Below are positions 10,014 through 19,756 of a stretch of DNA of 64,000 nucleotides, one piece after another. Source of the stretch: Pirellulales bacterium (GTDB taxonomy: Bacteria; Planctomycetota; Planctomycetia; Pirellulales; UBA1268); contig JAGYJY010000020.1 of assembly GCA_018401745.1 (NCBI GenBank), positions 32,250 through 96,249 of the forward strand. Direction: 5' to 3'. Both the position numbers and the translations under genes were made by a program. The stretch's first letter is position 1. Every line of letters begins with the position of its first letter. Below the pieces are notes generated by a model. The model was given only the letters and a program-made list of their open reading frames with translations. It was not told the DNA's origin and did not search any database.

Positions 10014-11207
10014 TCAGCCGCCGGCCGGCCCGACCGAATCCCGGATCACGAGTGCGGTCTCTGCAGCGGTCGGCTTCGACGCTGAGCGAATCAGTCGCCG
10101 CACAAGCCCGACCACGCCGCCGGCCACGAGCAGGCCACCAGGCCAGGCAGGCTGCAGAAGCGTGGCCCAGACCGCTCCCAGAGCAAGCAGGGCCACCGGC
10201 CCAAACTGGGCAAGCAGCCCTGTCAACCGCGCCGGACGGCGGATCGCCATGCTCCAGGCCGCACCTGCCGCGAGAATAGCTGCCGCCGTTGCCACCGCAC
10301 GCGATGAGTCGGTGGGAGTCGGCTTCGGAGCAGCCCTGACGATGATGCCTCCTTCGGGATCCGTCGTCGTGGCAAACACCTCCGAAGAGAGGGCGAGGGA
10401 TGTGCGATTCCAGGCCTGCTCGGCCGCGCTCTGCTGCGAACGCTCAAACAGTGAAGCCACCTGCTCTTCGATGCGTGCACGCTCACGGGCATCGCGCCCC
10501 TCGAGCGAACGCCGCAGGCTGGCCTTGAGCCTCTGCGATGCCTCCTCTCGGAGCGTGGCGATCTCGTTGGCCGAAGCCTGGGCCGATGGAGCGAGGATCC
10601 GCATGTCGAGGCCGCGAGGCCCGCGGATCATCCAGGTTACTTTCCGGGTGGGAATGCCAGGCAGCTTGGGTGTCTCCAGCCGCAACGGCAAGCCCGAGAC
10701 GAGCTGGTCGTCGATGTCTCCGGCAAAGATCACCAAGATTGTTCGGGGCCGGCTGACATCGAGCAGTTCCAGCTCCCAGGCAGCCTCCCCCACCGGCCTC
10801 GCACGCAACGGGTGCTCATCGACAAAGACTTCAAACAGCCGCATGCCTGCGGGCAGCTGCAGCCGCACCAGCCGGCTCGAAGGCACCAGATCGATCCTGG
10901 CCACGCCCCAGGCCTTCCCGCGGTCGTCGGTGGCAAACCGTACGTCGAGCAGCTCCACACGCGGGATGCTCGTCTCCCGCCTCAGCACCCGCGGGGCCAG
11001 GCTCGGTCGCCCGGCTCTCAGCACCGCTGTCGTGCCCCTCGTCAGCCGCCAAGGCTGCTCCGTCAGATTCCTCAGGCCTGCGTCGGTAGGCGAGCAGGCG
11101 ACCTGGGGGCAGTTCGAGCGACTGCCACCCCGACGACGAGAGCGGGATGATGGGCGTATCGCCGGCAGACTCGACGTTGACGCCTTCGTCGGTTGGCCAC
11201 TCGACAA
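10014..11207 (-). CDS. giant membrane protein paralog C, C-terminal segment (hypothetical)
   Basis: The convincing coding part starts around '...LRNLTEQPWRLTRGTTAVLRAG'. It contains the module 'LFEVFVDEHPLRARP...TRKVTWMIRGPRGLDM', a coiled-coil-like stretch, and terminal hydrophobic helices ('AVATAAAILAAGAAWSMAI', 'FGPVALLALGAVWATLL', 'GLLVAGGVVGLV'). It overlaps the previous segment by about 375 nt in another frame, with the junction near 11060-11100. Confidence 0.6.
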   Translation of the reverse strand: MSSGQPTKASTSSLPAIRPSSRSRRRGGSRSNCPQVACSPTDAGLRNLTEQPWRLTRGTTAVLRAGRPSLAPRVLRRETSIPRVELLDVRFATDDRGKAWGVARIDLVPSSRLVRLQLPAGMRLFEVFVDEHPLRARPVGEAAWELELLDVSRPRTILVIFAGDIDDQLVSGLPLRLETPKLPGIPTRKVTWMIRGPRGLDMRILAPSAQASANEIATLREEASQRLKASLRRSLEGRDARERARIEEQVASLFERSQQSAAEQAWNRTSLALSSEVFATTTDPEGGIIVRAAPKPTPTDSSRAVATAAAILAAGAAWSMAIRRPARLTGLLAQFGPVALLALGAVWATLLQPAWPGGLLVAGGVVGLVRRLIRSASKPTAAETALVIRDSVGPAGG

Positions 11208-12066
11208 TCACCGGCGTGTCTCCAAGCCCTTCGATCCAGGGCACAGCCACCGACCCCATCTCCGCGGCACCTCTCGGCTCACGGGCCTCGAGATCAAAAC
11301 GAAAGCGACCAGAGCGGGGCTGCTGACAGAGCACTTCCAGCGTTTGCTCGTCAACCCGCGTCCAGTGGATGTCTTGCGGCGACGCCTGCAACGCCCCCGT
11401 GCGGGGAGCCGTGACCCTCGCCAAGCCCAGCCGGTCCACCGTCCAGCGTGGCGGAATCGTCACCCGAAAAGACGCCACCGCTGCTTCAAAGGAGTCGACC
11501 GACGCGTCGAACCGAAGACGCACGCGACCGTCGACCATGTCCAGTCGCATCCGCTGCGTGCCCCGCAACACCGCCGGCTCGCGTGAGACCGTGACCACCG
11601 CGGGCGACACACCAGCCGTTGCCGCGGCACTCGGTTCTCTTCGCCAGGCCAGCCAGCCGTTGCCGCTGGCGGGATCGGTGGGCGTGCCCGCGGTCACCCC
11701 CGCTGGAAGCCGCACGGTGGCGGCGTAGCCCTCGCCCGGCACAAACTGCACCAGCCGTGTTGATTGGGCAGAACTCAGCGAGGCAATCTCCACCTCTGGC
11801 ACGCGAAACACACCGACGGGATCCACCAGCGGCATCGCGAAAGGCACGCTCACGGTTGCCCGACCACGCGCCGGCTGAAGCCGCTCGACCAGCCATCGGC
11901 CGTCATCGATCCGCCGCACACTCACCGCTTCGCTTCCCGCAGGCAGTTCGCCGACGGCTGGCGTGAGCCGCGTGTCGGCCGTCACGACAAATGACCGAAA
12001 GATCCCGTCGTTGGGTTCAAGCTGAAAGCTGGCTACCACAGCACATCCCAGCGCATCCCACGACAC
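10831..12066 (-). CDS. giant membrane protein paralog C, middle segment (hypothetical)
   Basis: 411-aa ORF rich in beta-strand-like V/R/T/E patterns. Its last ~80 aa are an Arg/Ala/Gly-rich out-of-frame-looking tail, while the next segment continues in another frame. The reading frame is open upstream of the GTG start ('SWFEDPRVVAARNDV...'), which suggests continuity with ORF 12017..15283. Confidence 0.55.
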   Translation of the reverse strand: MSWDALGCAVVASFQLEPNDGIFRSFVVTADTRLTPAVGELPAGSEAVSVRRIDDGRWLVERLQPARGRATVSVPFAMPLVDPVGVFRVPEVEIASLSSAQSTRLVQFVPGEGYAATVRLPAGVTAGTPTDPASGNGWLAWRREPSAAATAGVSPAVVTVSREPAVLRGTQRMRLDMVDGRVRLRFDASVDSFEAAVASFRVTIPPRWTVDRLGLARVTAPRTGALQASPQDIHWTRVDEQTLEVLCQQPRSGRFRFDLEAREPRGAAEMGSVAVPWIEGLGDTPVIVEWPTDEGVNVESAGDTPIIPLSSSGWQSLELPPGRLLAYRRRPEESDGAALAADEGHDSGAESRATEPGPAGAEAGDEHPACGAARRTVCHRRPREGLGRGQDRSGAFEPAGAAAAARRHAAV

Positions 12067-15000
12067 ATCGTTGCGGGCGGCAACGACACGCGGATCCTCG
12101 AACCAGCTTCACCCCCGGCTCCAACGACCAACACAAACGAAGCAGGTCGGTTTGAGCGATGTCGAAGCCGCTCCCTGTGGCCTCGCTCAAGGGCGTCGCT
12201 GAGGCGATCGGGAGCCCGCTCCGCTCCCGCTCGACGAGCAGCGAGGAGACGTCGATGCCGCTGTCGGTCTCGACCATGCGGAGCGTGGCCTGCGGCGCGA
12301 CAGGCAGCCCCACCATGGCCAGCCCGACTCCTCCCTCAAGCCGTACCGCAGGCTCAATCCGCACGCTCAGCCGATGCTGCCCGGGAACAGCCAGCGGCAC
12401 CCGCAGGAGGCTGCCATCTGGTGAAATCGACTCGCCTGGGAGTTCGCCGGCGGTGCCGCCGTCGAGCTCCAGCGAGCCTCTGACAAACCGTCCTCCGCCG
12501 GCGGGCTGCCGCAGCGTGCACACCGTATTGGCATCAGACAAGAGGTCAACAGTGACCTGCCACTCGTCAGGGCCCGCCGGCGTGGTGCCGGGCTCCGCGT
12601 CGAGCCCGGCTGCAAGCGGAGGCTGGCCCACCGCCATGGCAGCCGGCACAGTGGCGGCCACCGTCACCCGCTCGATCCGAACACCGAGCCCTTCAGTCGC
12701 ATCCACGCTCCGGCCGAGCTCGCGAAACAGTCTGTCGGGCACGAGCACCGTCGCATCGGCTGCCTCACCGGTGAAAAACACCCGCAATGGTGCCGACGGC
12801 TCTGAGACCGTTTCGGCGGCAGTGAGTTCGCCGCCACCGCATCCCAAAGCCAGCAGGACCATCAGCACCGTTGCCGTGCGACCGCCTGCGACGGCGACCG
12901 CCATGCCCAACAGCCCGCCCCACCAGGCCGCTCGAACAATGGCCACCACGCTGACGGGTGCCCAGAGGGCAGCCACCGCCGTAAGCCCACAGATGGCAAC
13001 GGCCACCGCTGGCGACCTCCTGCTCAAGAACCAGGTGGAGATCGCAGCGACGAGGCCGGCGACCAGGCTCGACGACACCACCAGCCAGCTCGACACGAGC
13101 ACCACGCCCGCCATCATGCTCCGGCCCGAGGTCGGTGCGAAGGCGTGCAGACGGAAGCCGTCGACAACCACGGCGGTGGGGTTGGCCCCGGCCGAGACGA
13201 GAGGGGATCCAGCAGACGTGGATGCCACCAGCGAGGAACCGAGCAGCCGCTCGAGCCATCCCACCTGGGCCTGCTCCAGCTGCTGGTGCAGGACCGGCAC
13301 ATGAGCGATCCGCAGCCCGGGAGGCAGCCCCACCTGCCAGAGCCGCTCGAGCACAGGCAGGTCGATCACCCCGGCGATCGGATCGACACTCCACGCCTGC
13401 CCCCAGCCTGGAATCAACGGGCGGGCAGAGGCGAGGGCATGAATCTCCAACCGAATCATGCGTCGCCCAGCGGGCAACTCGATCACCGTTTCTCCGCCGA
13501 GCGTTTCCCGGACACCTGCCACGAGCTGCACGCCATCGACCAGGATCTCCTGAATCCGTTTGTCGGGTGGATGGCTGAGGATGATGCTCGAGCGGCCATG
13601 ATTCTCGATGTCAAAGACGGTTTCATACTCGATCACGCCGGAGGTGTGGCACCAGCAGGTCGTCGTCTCATTCCAGGCCCAAGCTCGCGGGGCGACCCCA
13701 TCATCGCCGCCCGGCACCAGCCGCGCTGCCGCCTGCCCGCCGGCAAGGTCCCGCAGCGGGTCGAAGAGAAACCGCGAGACCGACGTCGCATACCGCTCTG
13801 TATCACCGGCAACACCAGGAACCTCAGACAGCGTGCGGTTGACCACGAGCGGCCGCCGCCGCCCTGCATCCCGAATCTGGAGCTCGCCCACCGGGCTGGC
13901 AGCTCCCTCGACCCACGCCAGCGGCACATTCATCGGACCGCTAAAAGGCACGGCCTGCACGCCGCGGAGTGTGACCGGCCCCCGCGCGGGCGGCACCAGC
14001 TCCAGCAGCCACGATTCCATCGCCTGGGCAGGGTCTCGCGGTTCCTGCGGCTGCAGCCGCCGAGCGAGCAGCTTCCCGGTCGTGGGAGGCAGCAGCGTCC
14101 ACTCCATGCCATCGCTGGTCGGCTCTGAGAAATGCACGACGACCGAATCCAGCTCGGCATCCCGCGGCGAGCATTCCAGTGTGAACGACTCCGTCAAGCG
14201 ATCGTCTCGCACCGTCAGCCGCACCTGCGTCTGCACATCGATTGGTGCCCGTCGCCGCAGTAGCCGAAGCGTGCGGCTGTCGTCACCATCCCTGACCAAT
14301 AGCCGGAGCCGAACGCCGCTGTCGCCTGCGAGCTTGCGGAGCCCGGGCGGCAGCTGGTCCAGCGGCACGGAGTCGACCGTCTGCCCACCGCCGTCGATGG
14401 TCATCTCCGCATTCGTGCGAATCTCGAGAGCGGCAGCCTCTTCGTTGGCGAGCTTCAGCATCTCCAGCGACGATCGGGCAAACGGCTCTCCCTCCCGCAA
14501 GGGGCCGCGGTGGCCCATCACATTCACCCGCACCGTGCTGCCCCGGGAGACGCCGCTGACCAGACCGATTCTCAGTCGACTTCCTTCCTCCGCCGCCTCC
14601 ACCCGCCAGTCGGCACGCTCCGCCCGGCTGGGAATCTCAACGGAGTCGATCAGCCATCCCGGAGCCACCTGACCGGTCAGCTCAAACACCTCGCCCCGCT
14701 CAACGCTGACCTCGCAGGCCGCCTGGGCAATCACAGATCCTGCCGAGATGTCGACCGTGGTCACGCGATGAACCTGCACCTGGGGCTTCCGGGCCGCGAC
14801 CGTCAGCGAGAGCGACGCCTGGGAAGCCTGCGCCTCAAACGCCAGCCGAGGCCCCGCAGCCGGCTCCGCGGTGATGGCCATCGGCCAGCCTCTGACAATC
14901 TCTTCGTCGACCGGCAGATAGTCGACGGGATTCAGACGCTCGACTACAAGCCGCGGCTCGAGCTCGGCAACCACCCCTCCCCCGGCCCAGAGGCCATCAG

Positions 15001-15283
15001 GAGGCAGGATCGCCGGGAGCGTCCAGGGCCTGCCGATGCCAAACGCTGCGATCGATTCGATCACCAGCTGCCCTCGCGTGCCGATGGCCCGCGTGGGGAT
15101 CTGCACGACCAGTTCGTCGTTCGCTGCGTCGCCAGCCACCGCGTCGGTGGCCGCTGAGTCCAACGAAGAGGCCGGCCGTCGCCAGGAGAGGGATGCGGTG
15201 CCCTGGTCGTCGGTCAGCGTCGCCGCCACCACGGTGAGCCCCGCCGCACCCCGCAGGCGCACATCAGTCTTTGTCCAGGGCAT
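12017..15283 (-). CDS. giant ORF carrying the bulk of paralog B, a multi-pass hydrophobic block, and the N-terminal part of paralog C in one frame (hypothetical)
   Basis: 1088-aa ORF. It contains the B module 'IQEILVDGVQLVAGV...PVLERLWQVGLPPGLRI', followed by about four hydrophobic helices. An internal signal-peptide-like 'MAVAVAGGRTATVLMVLLALGCGGG' (ATG at 12904) follows, then 'PLRVFFTGEAADATVLVPDRLFRELG', which resembles the N-termini of paralogs A and B. Confidence 0.65.
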   Translation of the reverse strand: MPWTKTDVRLRGAAGLTVVAATLTDDQGTASLSWRRPASSLDSAATDAVAGDAANDELVVQIPTRAIGTRGQLVIESIAAFGIGRPWTLPAILPPDGLWAGGGVVAELEPRLVVERLNPVDYLPVDEEIVRGWPMAITAEPAAGPRLAFEAQASQASLSLTVAARKPQVQVHRVTTVDISAGSVIAQAACEVSVERGEVFELTGQVAPGWLIDSVEIPSRAERADWRVEAAEEGSRLRIGLVSGVSRGSTVRVNVMGHRGPLREGEPFARSSLEMLKLANEEAAALEIRTNAEMTIDGGGQTVDSVPLDQLPPGLRKLAGDSGVRLRLLVRDGDDSRTLRLLRRRAPIDVQTQVRLTVRDDRLTESFTLECSPRDAELDSVVVHFSEPTSDGMEWTLLPPTTGKLLARRLQPQEPRDPAQAMESWLLELVPPARGPVTLRGVQAVPFSGPMNVPLAWVEGAASPVGELQIRDAGRRRPLVVNRTLSEVPGVAGDTERYATSVSRFLFDPLRDLAGGQAAARLVPGGDDGVAPRAWAWNETTTCWCHTSGVIEYETVFDIENHGRSSIILSHPPDKRIQEILVDGVQLVAGVRETLGGETVIELPAGRRMIRLEIHALASARPLIPGWGQAWSVDPIAGVIDLPVLERLWQVGLPPGLRIAHVPVLHQQLEQAQVGWLERLLGSSLVASTSAGSPLVSAGANPTAVVVDGFRLHAFAPTSGRSMMAGVVLVSSWLVVSSSLVAGLVAAISTWFLSRRSPAVAVAICGLTAVAALWAPVSVVAIVRAAWWGGLLGMAVAVAGGRTATVLMVLLALGCGGGELTAAETVSEPSAPLRVFFTGEAADATVLVPDRLFRELGRSVDATEGLGVRIERVTVAATVPAAMAVGQPPLAAGLDAEPGTTPAGPDEWQVTVDLLSDANTVCTLRQPAGGGRFVRGSLELDGGTAGELPGESISPDGSLLRVPLAVPGQHRLSVRIEPAVRLEGGVGLAMVGLPVAPQATLRMVETDSGIDVSSLLVERERSGLPIASATPLSEATGSGFDIAQTDLLRLCWSLEPGVKLVRGSACRCRPQRCVVGCAGMCCGSQLSA

Positions 15284-15323
15284 CGCCGGCTGCAGCGTCG
15301 TCGTCAGCGAGGCGGTCTGTCGC

Positions 15324-16148
15324 TCAATCTGCCACTCGGCTCCAGCACGAGATCGGCACCTCGGGCAGCGGCTCGCGAGCGATCGTGACGACGAGCTCGC
15401 TGGTCGGGCCGAGCGAGAGCGTCCACTCGTGTTTCTCAGAGCCGGGTTCGCCTGTTCCTGATGGCGGCTCAGGTGGAACGGGAGCGACGTGGACCGCCTC
15501 CGCGGCTTTCACGAGCGGCACAAAGCCAGCGGGGAGCGTCAGCTGCACCGAGGTGAAGACTGCGGGAACCAGCGGGAGCCGAAACCTGGGGCCGAGCGAT
15601 CCTCCTGCATCAGACGGCAGCTCAAACTGCCAGCTGTAACGGCCTTCTGTCTCCGCGATGACCGCCACGGAGCCGTCGGGCAGGCCGCTGATCTCTGCGG
15701 CGCCTGTGCCCGCGGCGCCGCTCATGCTGGCTTGCGCGACCACCCGTCCTGCCAGCGGAATGGCCCGACGGAGGCCATCGATGCCGGGGCCAAGGGTCGC
15801 CGCTGCGGTTCCTCGCAGCCCCTCAGCAGGGCTCCACTCAAGCGTATAACTGGCTCTCTCGGCAATCACATTCGTCGCCGGCGACGAACCTTGTCGTTCA
15901 CCAGGTTGGTCGGAGACCGCTGCCCGATCCGCCACCGCGGCCCGAAACTCCGTGAGTGTCATCGGCACATAGCGGCCGGTTCCCAGCGGCACATCGGAGA
16001 GGCGGTCGGCCGGCACGTAGACCCGCAGGAAACGCAGGTTTTCCGGCTCGGCGGCGGTGCTGACGACGTGGCTCGAGCCCACGATCAGCAGGGCTGCCCA
16101 GACCGCAGCCGCCTGGCTGATCCTCCTCCCGCTGTGGATCGTGCTCAT
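15324..16148 (-). CDS. giant membrane protein paralog B, N-terminal segment with signal peptide (hypothetical)
   Basis: Start chosen at ATG 16148 (MSTIHSGRRISQAAAVWAALLIVGSSHVVSTAAEP), which overlaps the paralog A stop by 14 nt. The downstream ORF's frame is open upstream of its ATG ('GAEWQIERQTASLTTTLQPAMPWTK'), so the two are probably one gene with a frame switch near 15325-15350. Confidence 0.6.
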   Translation of the reverse strand: MSTIHSGRRISQAAAVWAALLIVGSSHVVSTAAEPENLRFLRVYVPADRLSDVPLGTGRYVPMTLTEFRAAVADRAAVSDQPGERQGSSPATNVIAERASYTLEWSPAEGLRGTAAATLGPGIDGLRRAIPLAGRVVAQASMSGAAGTGAAEISGLPDGSVAVIAETEGRYSWQFELPSDAGGSLGPRFRLPLVPAVFTSVQLTLPAGFVPLVKAAEAVHVAPVPPEPPSGTGEPGSEKHEWTLSLGPTSELVVTIAREPLPEVPISCWSRVAD

Positions 16149-16161
16149 AGCAACCACCCGC

Positions 16162-18420
16162 TCACGATGCCGATCGCTCCGCCGCCACACTGCGGCGGCC
16201 GCGACTCGATTCGGGCACAAAGGCCGCCAGCGCCGTGCGTGTCGACGACTGAGAAATCCTCATGCTGGCGTTGCCCGCAGCCGCAGCGGTGGGCAACCGC
16301 AACGCCACCCGCAGGCCCGCCGCCAGCAGCGAGAGCAGCAGCCCGGGAAGCGCTGCCTGCGCGAGGAGCAGAGCCAACCAGGGCGACACCGCAGCGGCGG
16401 CTGTCACCGCGACCGCCAAGAGCATCACGACCGACGGCTGTCGCAAGCGAGGCCACTGCACCAGCAGCAGCCCGATCAGCAGGGAGGGCCCAGAGCAGGC
16501 GAACACGAGGCCCCATGTCGGCACGATCCACAGACGGGCCGTCTTTGGATGGCCCACGCCAGAGAAGACGAGCCGGCGGTCGGCATACGGGATGATCTCC
16601 CCCACTGGATCCGCCGTTGCGACAGACTGCGGAGCCACCCATGTCCGCAGCATCTCCGGTGAGATGATGGCTCTGGGCAGAAAACCGAGCGTTCCCCAGG
16701 CCCACTCCTGCTGGGCCGTCCAGCCACGCGGCGACGTCAGCAGATGCTCTTCCGGCGAGAGCCGCAGCTCCCAGTAGAACCGTCGTTCCACCGCGCCGTC
16801 TGAAAACACCGGCGCTGTCAGCTCCGCCGGCTCCCAGGCTGAAGACCGCTCACGCCTCACGACAATTTCCACGGCATACTCCCGCACCGCGCCTGCGGTG
16901 ACGAGGTTGAGTGAGATCCGGCCATCGGTCCGCACCGCGTCGGCAATCGGTCGTCCGTCGAGCAGCACCTCAACCCGCGACGGGTCGGCTGACTCACCGA
17001 GCGTTCCCGGCGGCAGATCGATTTCAAGCCGCTCCACCGACGTGGCAATCCGGTAGCGATAGATGTCTTGCCGCTGGTCGGGTAGAAACCGGCTCTGCAG
17101 CCAGGCCGCATCCACCACGGTTTCCCCAAAACTCTGTGGCTCAGCGGCGATCGCCAGCCGAATGCTCTCCTGCGGCCGGCTGGAGGCCCAGCTCCGCGGC
17201 AGCGACGTTCCCTGCACGGCCATTTCCCGCTTCCACGATTCCCCCCGCACCTCGACTGAGAGCCCACGAGCCGCTTCGAGCGTCACGCTCTGCTTGCCGA
17301 AGCGAGCCCCAGCAGGCATCACCAGCGGCACATCTTCCGCCAGGGTTGTTTCCTGGGGCGGTGGGGTCGCAGGCAGACGGTAACGAATCGTCAGCTCGCC
17401 ACTTCCCAGCAGCGGCGTGGGCAGCATCACCCGTGTGCGGATCGTCGGCAGAGGGCCGCCGCCGGCGTCGCTCTCGGTTCCGCTGCCGCCGCCCGTTGAA
17501 GCACCGTCGATCACAGGACTGTCGTCGGCCTCGGGAGGAGATGGCGGCTCAACGACAGCAGCCGGCTGCGAGGCCAGCAAGCGGTCGCCCTGGCGAACCT
17601 CCAGCGTTCCGCTGGCCACCACGCTCTCCGGCACGAGCAGCTCCACAACTTCCAGCGGCACATACGCGACATCAAACCGCAACGTTTCATCAACCGTGAT
17701 TTCGGTCGGCCTCACATCGAGGCGGGCGGTGAGCGACGCGGCCACCCTGCGTGGCAGGAAACGACGCGTGGCGGCGAAGCGCCCGCTGGGACCGTCGAGC
17801 CGGTAGGCAATGGCAGTGTTTTCCGCTCGTCCGGCAGCTCCAGAGCCCTCGCTCCGCAGCAGCGGCGGCAGCGGATCGACGGCTCGATTCGCCGATGGCG
17901 AGGTCACCTGACGCACGAGCCCATCGATGGAGTCGACGTCGGGGGTGAGTTCAATGTCGCTCTCAGGAAGAATGACCACAGCAGCTGGACCGACCAGGTC
18001 GGCAGCGGGCGTGGGAAACGTCCACTCGATTCGCTCGGCATCGGGGGCCACGCTTCGTGCTGCCCGAATCTCCACGACGGCATCGCCGCTGAGTCCTTGA
18101 ACGAAGGGGATATCCACGCCGCCCGCGTTTTCCACAATCGTGGAGGTGTCCACGAGGCCCGCTGGGCCGACATCCTCGACCTCCCAGCCTTCGAGGCCGA
18201 CACGAAGCTGCGAAATCGGGGCGCCACGAACCGCCACGCGGAGCCTGGCTTCCAGTTCCACCCGCGAGGCAGCCACCCGGATGCGGTATTCAGGCTCGAC
18301 CACCACGCGGCTCCGCAACGGCCGCACCTGCAGCGGCAGACTGGCTGGCTGTGCGTCGTAGGCGAAGGCTGCCACGCAACCGCGACGCCGCAGGGCCAGC
18401 GACGGATCGACCCGCCGCAA
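16162..18420 (-). CDS. giant membrane protein paralog A, C-terminal two-thirds (hypothetical)
   Basis: 752-aa ORF with a TTG start in the track. It contains the module 'RVEVLLDGRPIADAV...AVERRFYWELRLSPEEHLL' followed by hydrophobic helices ('WGLVFACSGPSLLIGLLLVQW', 'VVMLLAVAVTAAAAVSPWLALLLAQAALPGLLLSLLAAGL'). It continues the upstream segment in another frame, with the junction near 18415-18440. Confidence 0.65.
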   Translation of the reverse strand: MRRVDPSLALRRRGCVAAFAYDAQPASLPLQVRPLRSRVVVEPEYRIRVAASRVELEARLRVAVRGAPISQLRVGLEGWEVEDVGPAGLVDTSTIVENAGGVDIPFVQGLSGDAVVEIRAARSVAPDAERIEWTFPTPAADLVGPAAVVILPESDIELTPDVDSIDGLVRQVTSPSANRAVDPLPPLLRSEGSGAAGRAENTAIAYRLDGPSGRFAATRRFLPRRVAASLTARLDVRPTEITVDETLRFDVAYVPLEVVELLVPESVVASGTLEVRQGDRLLASQPAAVVEPPSPPEADDSPVIDGASTGGGSGTESDAGGGPLPTIRTRVMLPTPLLGSGELTIRYRLPATPPPQETTLAEDVPLVMPAGARFGKQSVTLEAARGLSVEVRGESWKREMAVQGTSLPRSWASSRPQESIRLAIAAEPQSFGETVVDAAWLQSRFLPDQRQDIYRYRIATSVERLEIDLPPGTLGESADPSRVEVLLDGRPIADAVRTDGRISLNLVTAGAVREYAVEIVVRRERSSAWEPAELTAPVFSDGAVERRFYWELRLSPEEHLLTSPRGWTAQQEWAWGTLGFLPRAIISPEMLRTWVAPQSVATADPVGEIIPYADRRLVFSGVGHPKTARLWIVPTWGLVFACSGPSLLIGLLLVQWPRLRQPSVVMLLAVAVTAAAAVSPWLALLLAQAALPGLLLSLLAAGLRVALRLPTAAAAGNASMRISQSSTRTALAAFVPESSRGRRSVAAERSAS

Positions 18421-19756
18421 CGGGCCTGGCAGGGCTCCAGTCGATCTGCCAGTCGCCCTCGACCAAAACGCTGATCTGCCCCCACTGTCGCCAGGCGGGA
18501 ATCTCGCTGATGCCGAAGCCGAGCACCTCCAAGGAGCGGCCGTCGGGCTCCACCGGTGCCTCGCAGGTCAGTTCGATGACGGCTCGCCCCGAGGCATCAG
18601 GGTCGACCGAGACGACCGCCTCGGGGGCCTCATCGCTGCCTTGCAGGGCGACGAGGCCCGAAGGCGCCGCGAGCGACTCCAGCTTGGCGTAGGCGGGCAG
18701 ACGCAGGGTGATTGTCCGGCGGCCGGGAGGGAGGTGCTCAAACGCGATCACCGCCTCAGTTTTCGCCTGCCGACCATTGATGGTGACGACCAGGTCGGAG
18801 GTGGCATGCGGCGCTGCGGCCAGGGGCTCAAGCAGTGATCGCTCCGACGACAGGCGAATCCGCGTCGGCCCCACGAGGCCCACCAGCGAGACGACACTTC
18901 CTCCTTCCAAGCCTTTCTCAAGCTGAGGCGGCAGCCCGGCGGGTTCGACAGCAACCGTCGGATCGTCAACTTCCGAGAGCAGCGTCAGCCGCGAGGCGTT
19001 GGCCCGCGGCACGTCGATGCCAAACTGAAAGGTGCCGCCCGACCGCTCCACCGGGAGGCGTCCGGCAAGCACAACGCGGTGGCGGGTGCCAGGCTCACCT
19101 TGAAACCATCCCCGGTAACCCGTGCCGTCGGCGTTGGCGTCGAGAAGAAACCGGCCCGCGGCCCCTGCCAGCGTTTCGTGCTGTGGAGCCTGGGTAAACA
19201 GGGCTTCCGAGAGTTGCAGCGGCAGGCCCACCCAGCCCGTCGATGCCTGCACAACGGTCATCTCGATCCGGAGTCCTCCCGGACCTTCCACCTCGGTGAA
19301 GGCGGGATCCGCGTCAGCCGCGTCTGGTTCTGTGGTGGTGGCTGCGATGTCGGAAGCGAGGGTCGGACGGCCAGGTCGCACGTCGACCCGCATGTCGAAC
19401 TGCTCGAGCACCGCTTCTGGCGCCGTTGGCAGCTTGGGCATGCCCTCGCGAAGCCGCACGAGTTCGACGAAGTCGCGATACTGAAAGCCCGGCACCGGCA
19501 CGAGCCGACCGGCGTCGTTCTCCAGGTAATACAGCTCGGGCTCGATCTCCCGGATGGGGGCCTCAGGATCGCGTCCGGCCCCAGGTGAGACGACGACCGG
19601 CGTGGCAGCGGTCTTCGCTCCCGGCCGCTGCGGCAGGTTCAGCAGCGTCACTCTCAACCCGTGCTGCAGCTTCAGCCGGTGTTGGCTTGGGCACGGCCGC
19701 CGTCCCGGCCGTTTCCACCGGCTCACCACGCTGGCCCATCGCCACGCCGGAAACAA
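18290..19756 (-). CDS. giant membrane protein paralog A, middle segment (hypothetical)
   Basis: The convincing coding part runs from 'KTAATPVVVSPGAGRDPEAPIREIEPELYYLENDAGRLVPVPGFQYRDFVELV' to '...VLVEGDWQIDWSP'. The last ~40 aa are an Arg/Ala-rich tail that overlaps the next segment out of frame. Confidence 0.6.
   Translation of the reverse strand: MFPAWRWASVVSRWKRPGRRPCPSQHRLKLQHGLRVTLLNLPQRPGAKTAATPVVVSPGAGRDPEAPIREIEPELYYLENDAGRLVPVPGFQYRDFVELVRLREGMPKLPTAPEAVLEQFDMRVDVRPGRPTLASDIAATTTEPDAADADPAFTEVEGPGGLRIEMTVVQASTGWVGLPLQLSEALFTQAPQHETLAGAAGRFLLDANADGTGYRGWFQGEPGTRHRVVLAGRLPVERSGGTFQFGIDVPRANASRLTLLSEVDDPTVAVEPAGLPPQLEKGLEGGSVVSLVGLVGPTRIRLSSERSLLEPLAAAPHATSDLVVTINGRQAKTEAVIAFEHLPPGRRTITLRLPAYAKLESLAAPSGLVALQGSDEAPEAVVSVDPDASGRAVIELTCEAPVEPDGRSLEVLGFGISEIPAWRQWGQISVLVEGDWQIDWSPARPVAAGRSVAGPAASRLRGSLRLRRTASQSAAAGAAVAEPRGGRA

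Noticed and set aside
9310-11586. 758-aa plus-strand ORF opposite the HExxH gene and paralog C
   Set aside because: It has the same low-complexity Arg/Ser/Pro composition. The opposite strand carries the repeated, motif-bearing paralog architecture and hydrophobic helices.
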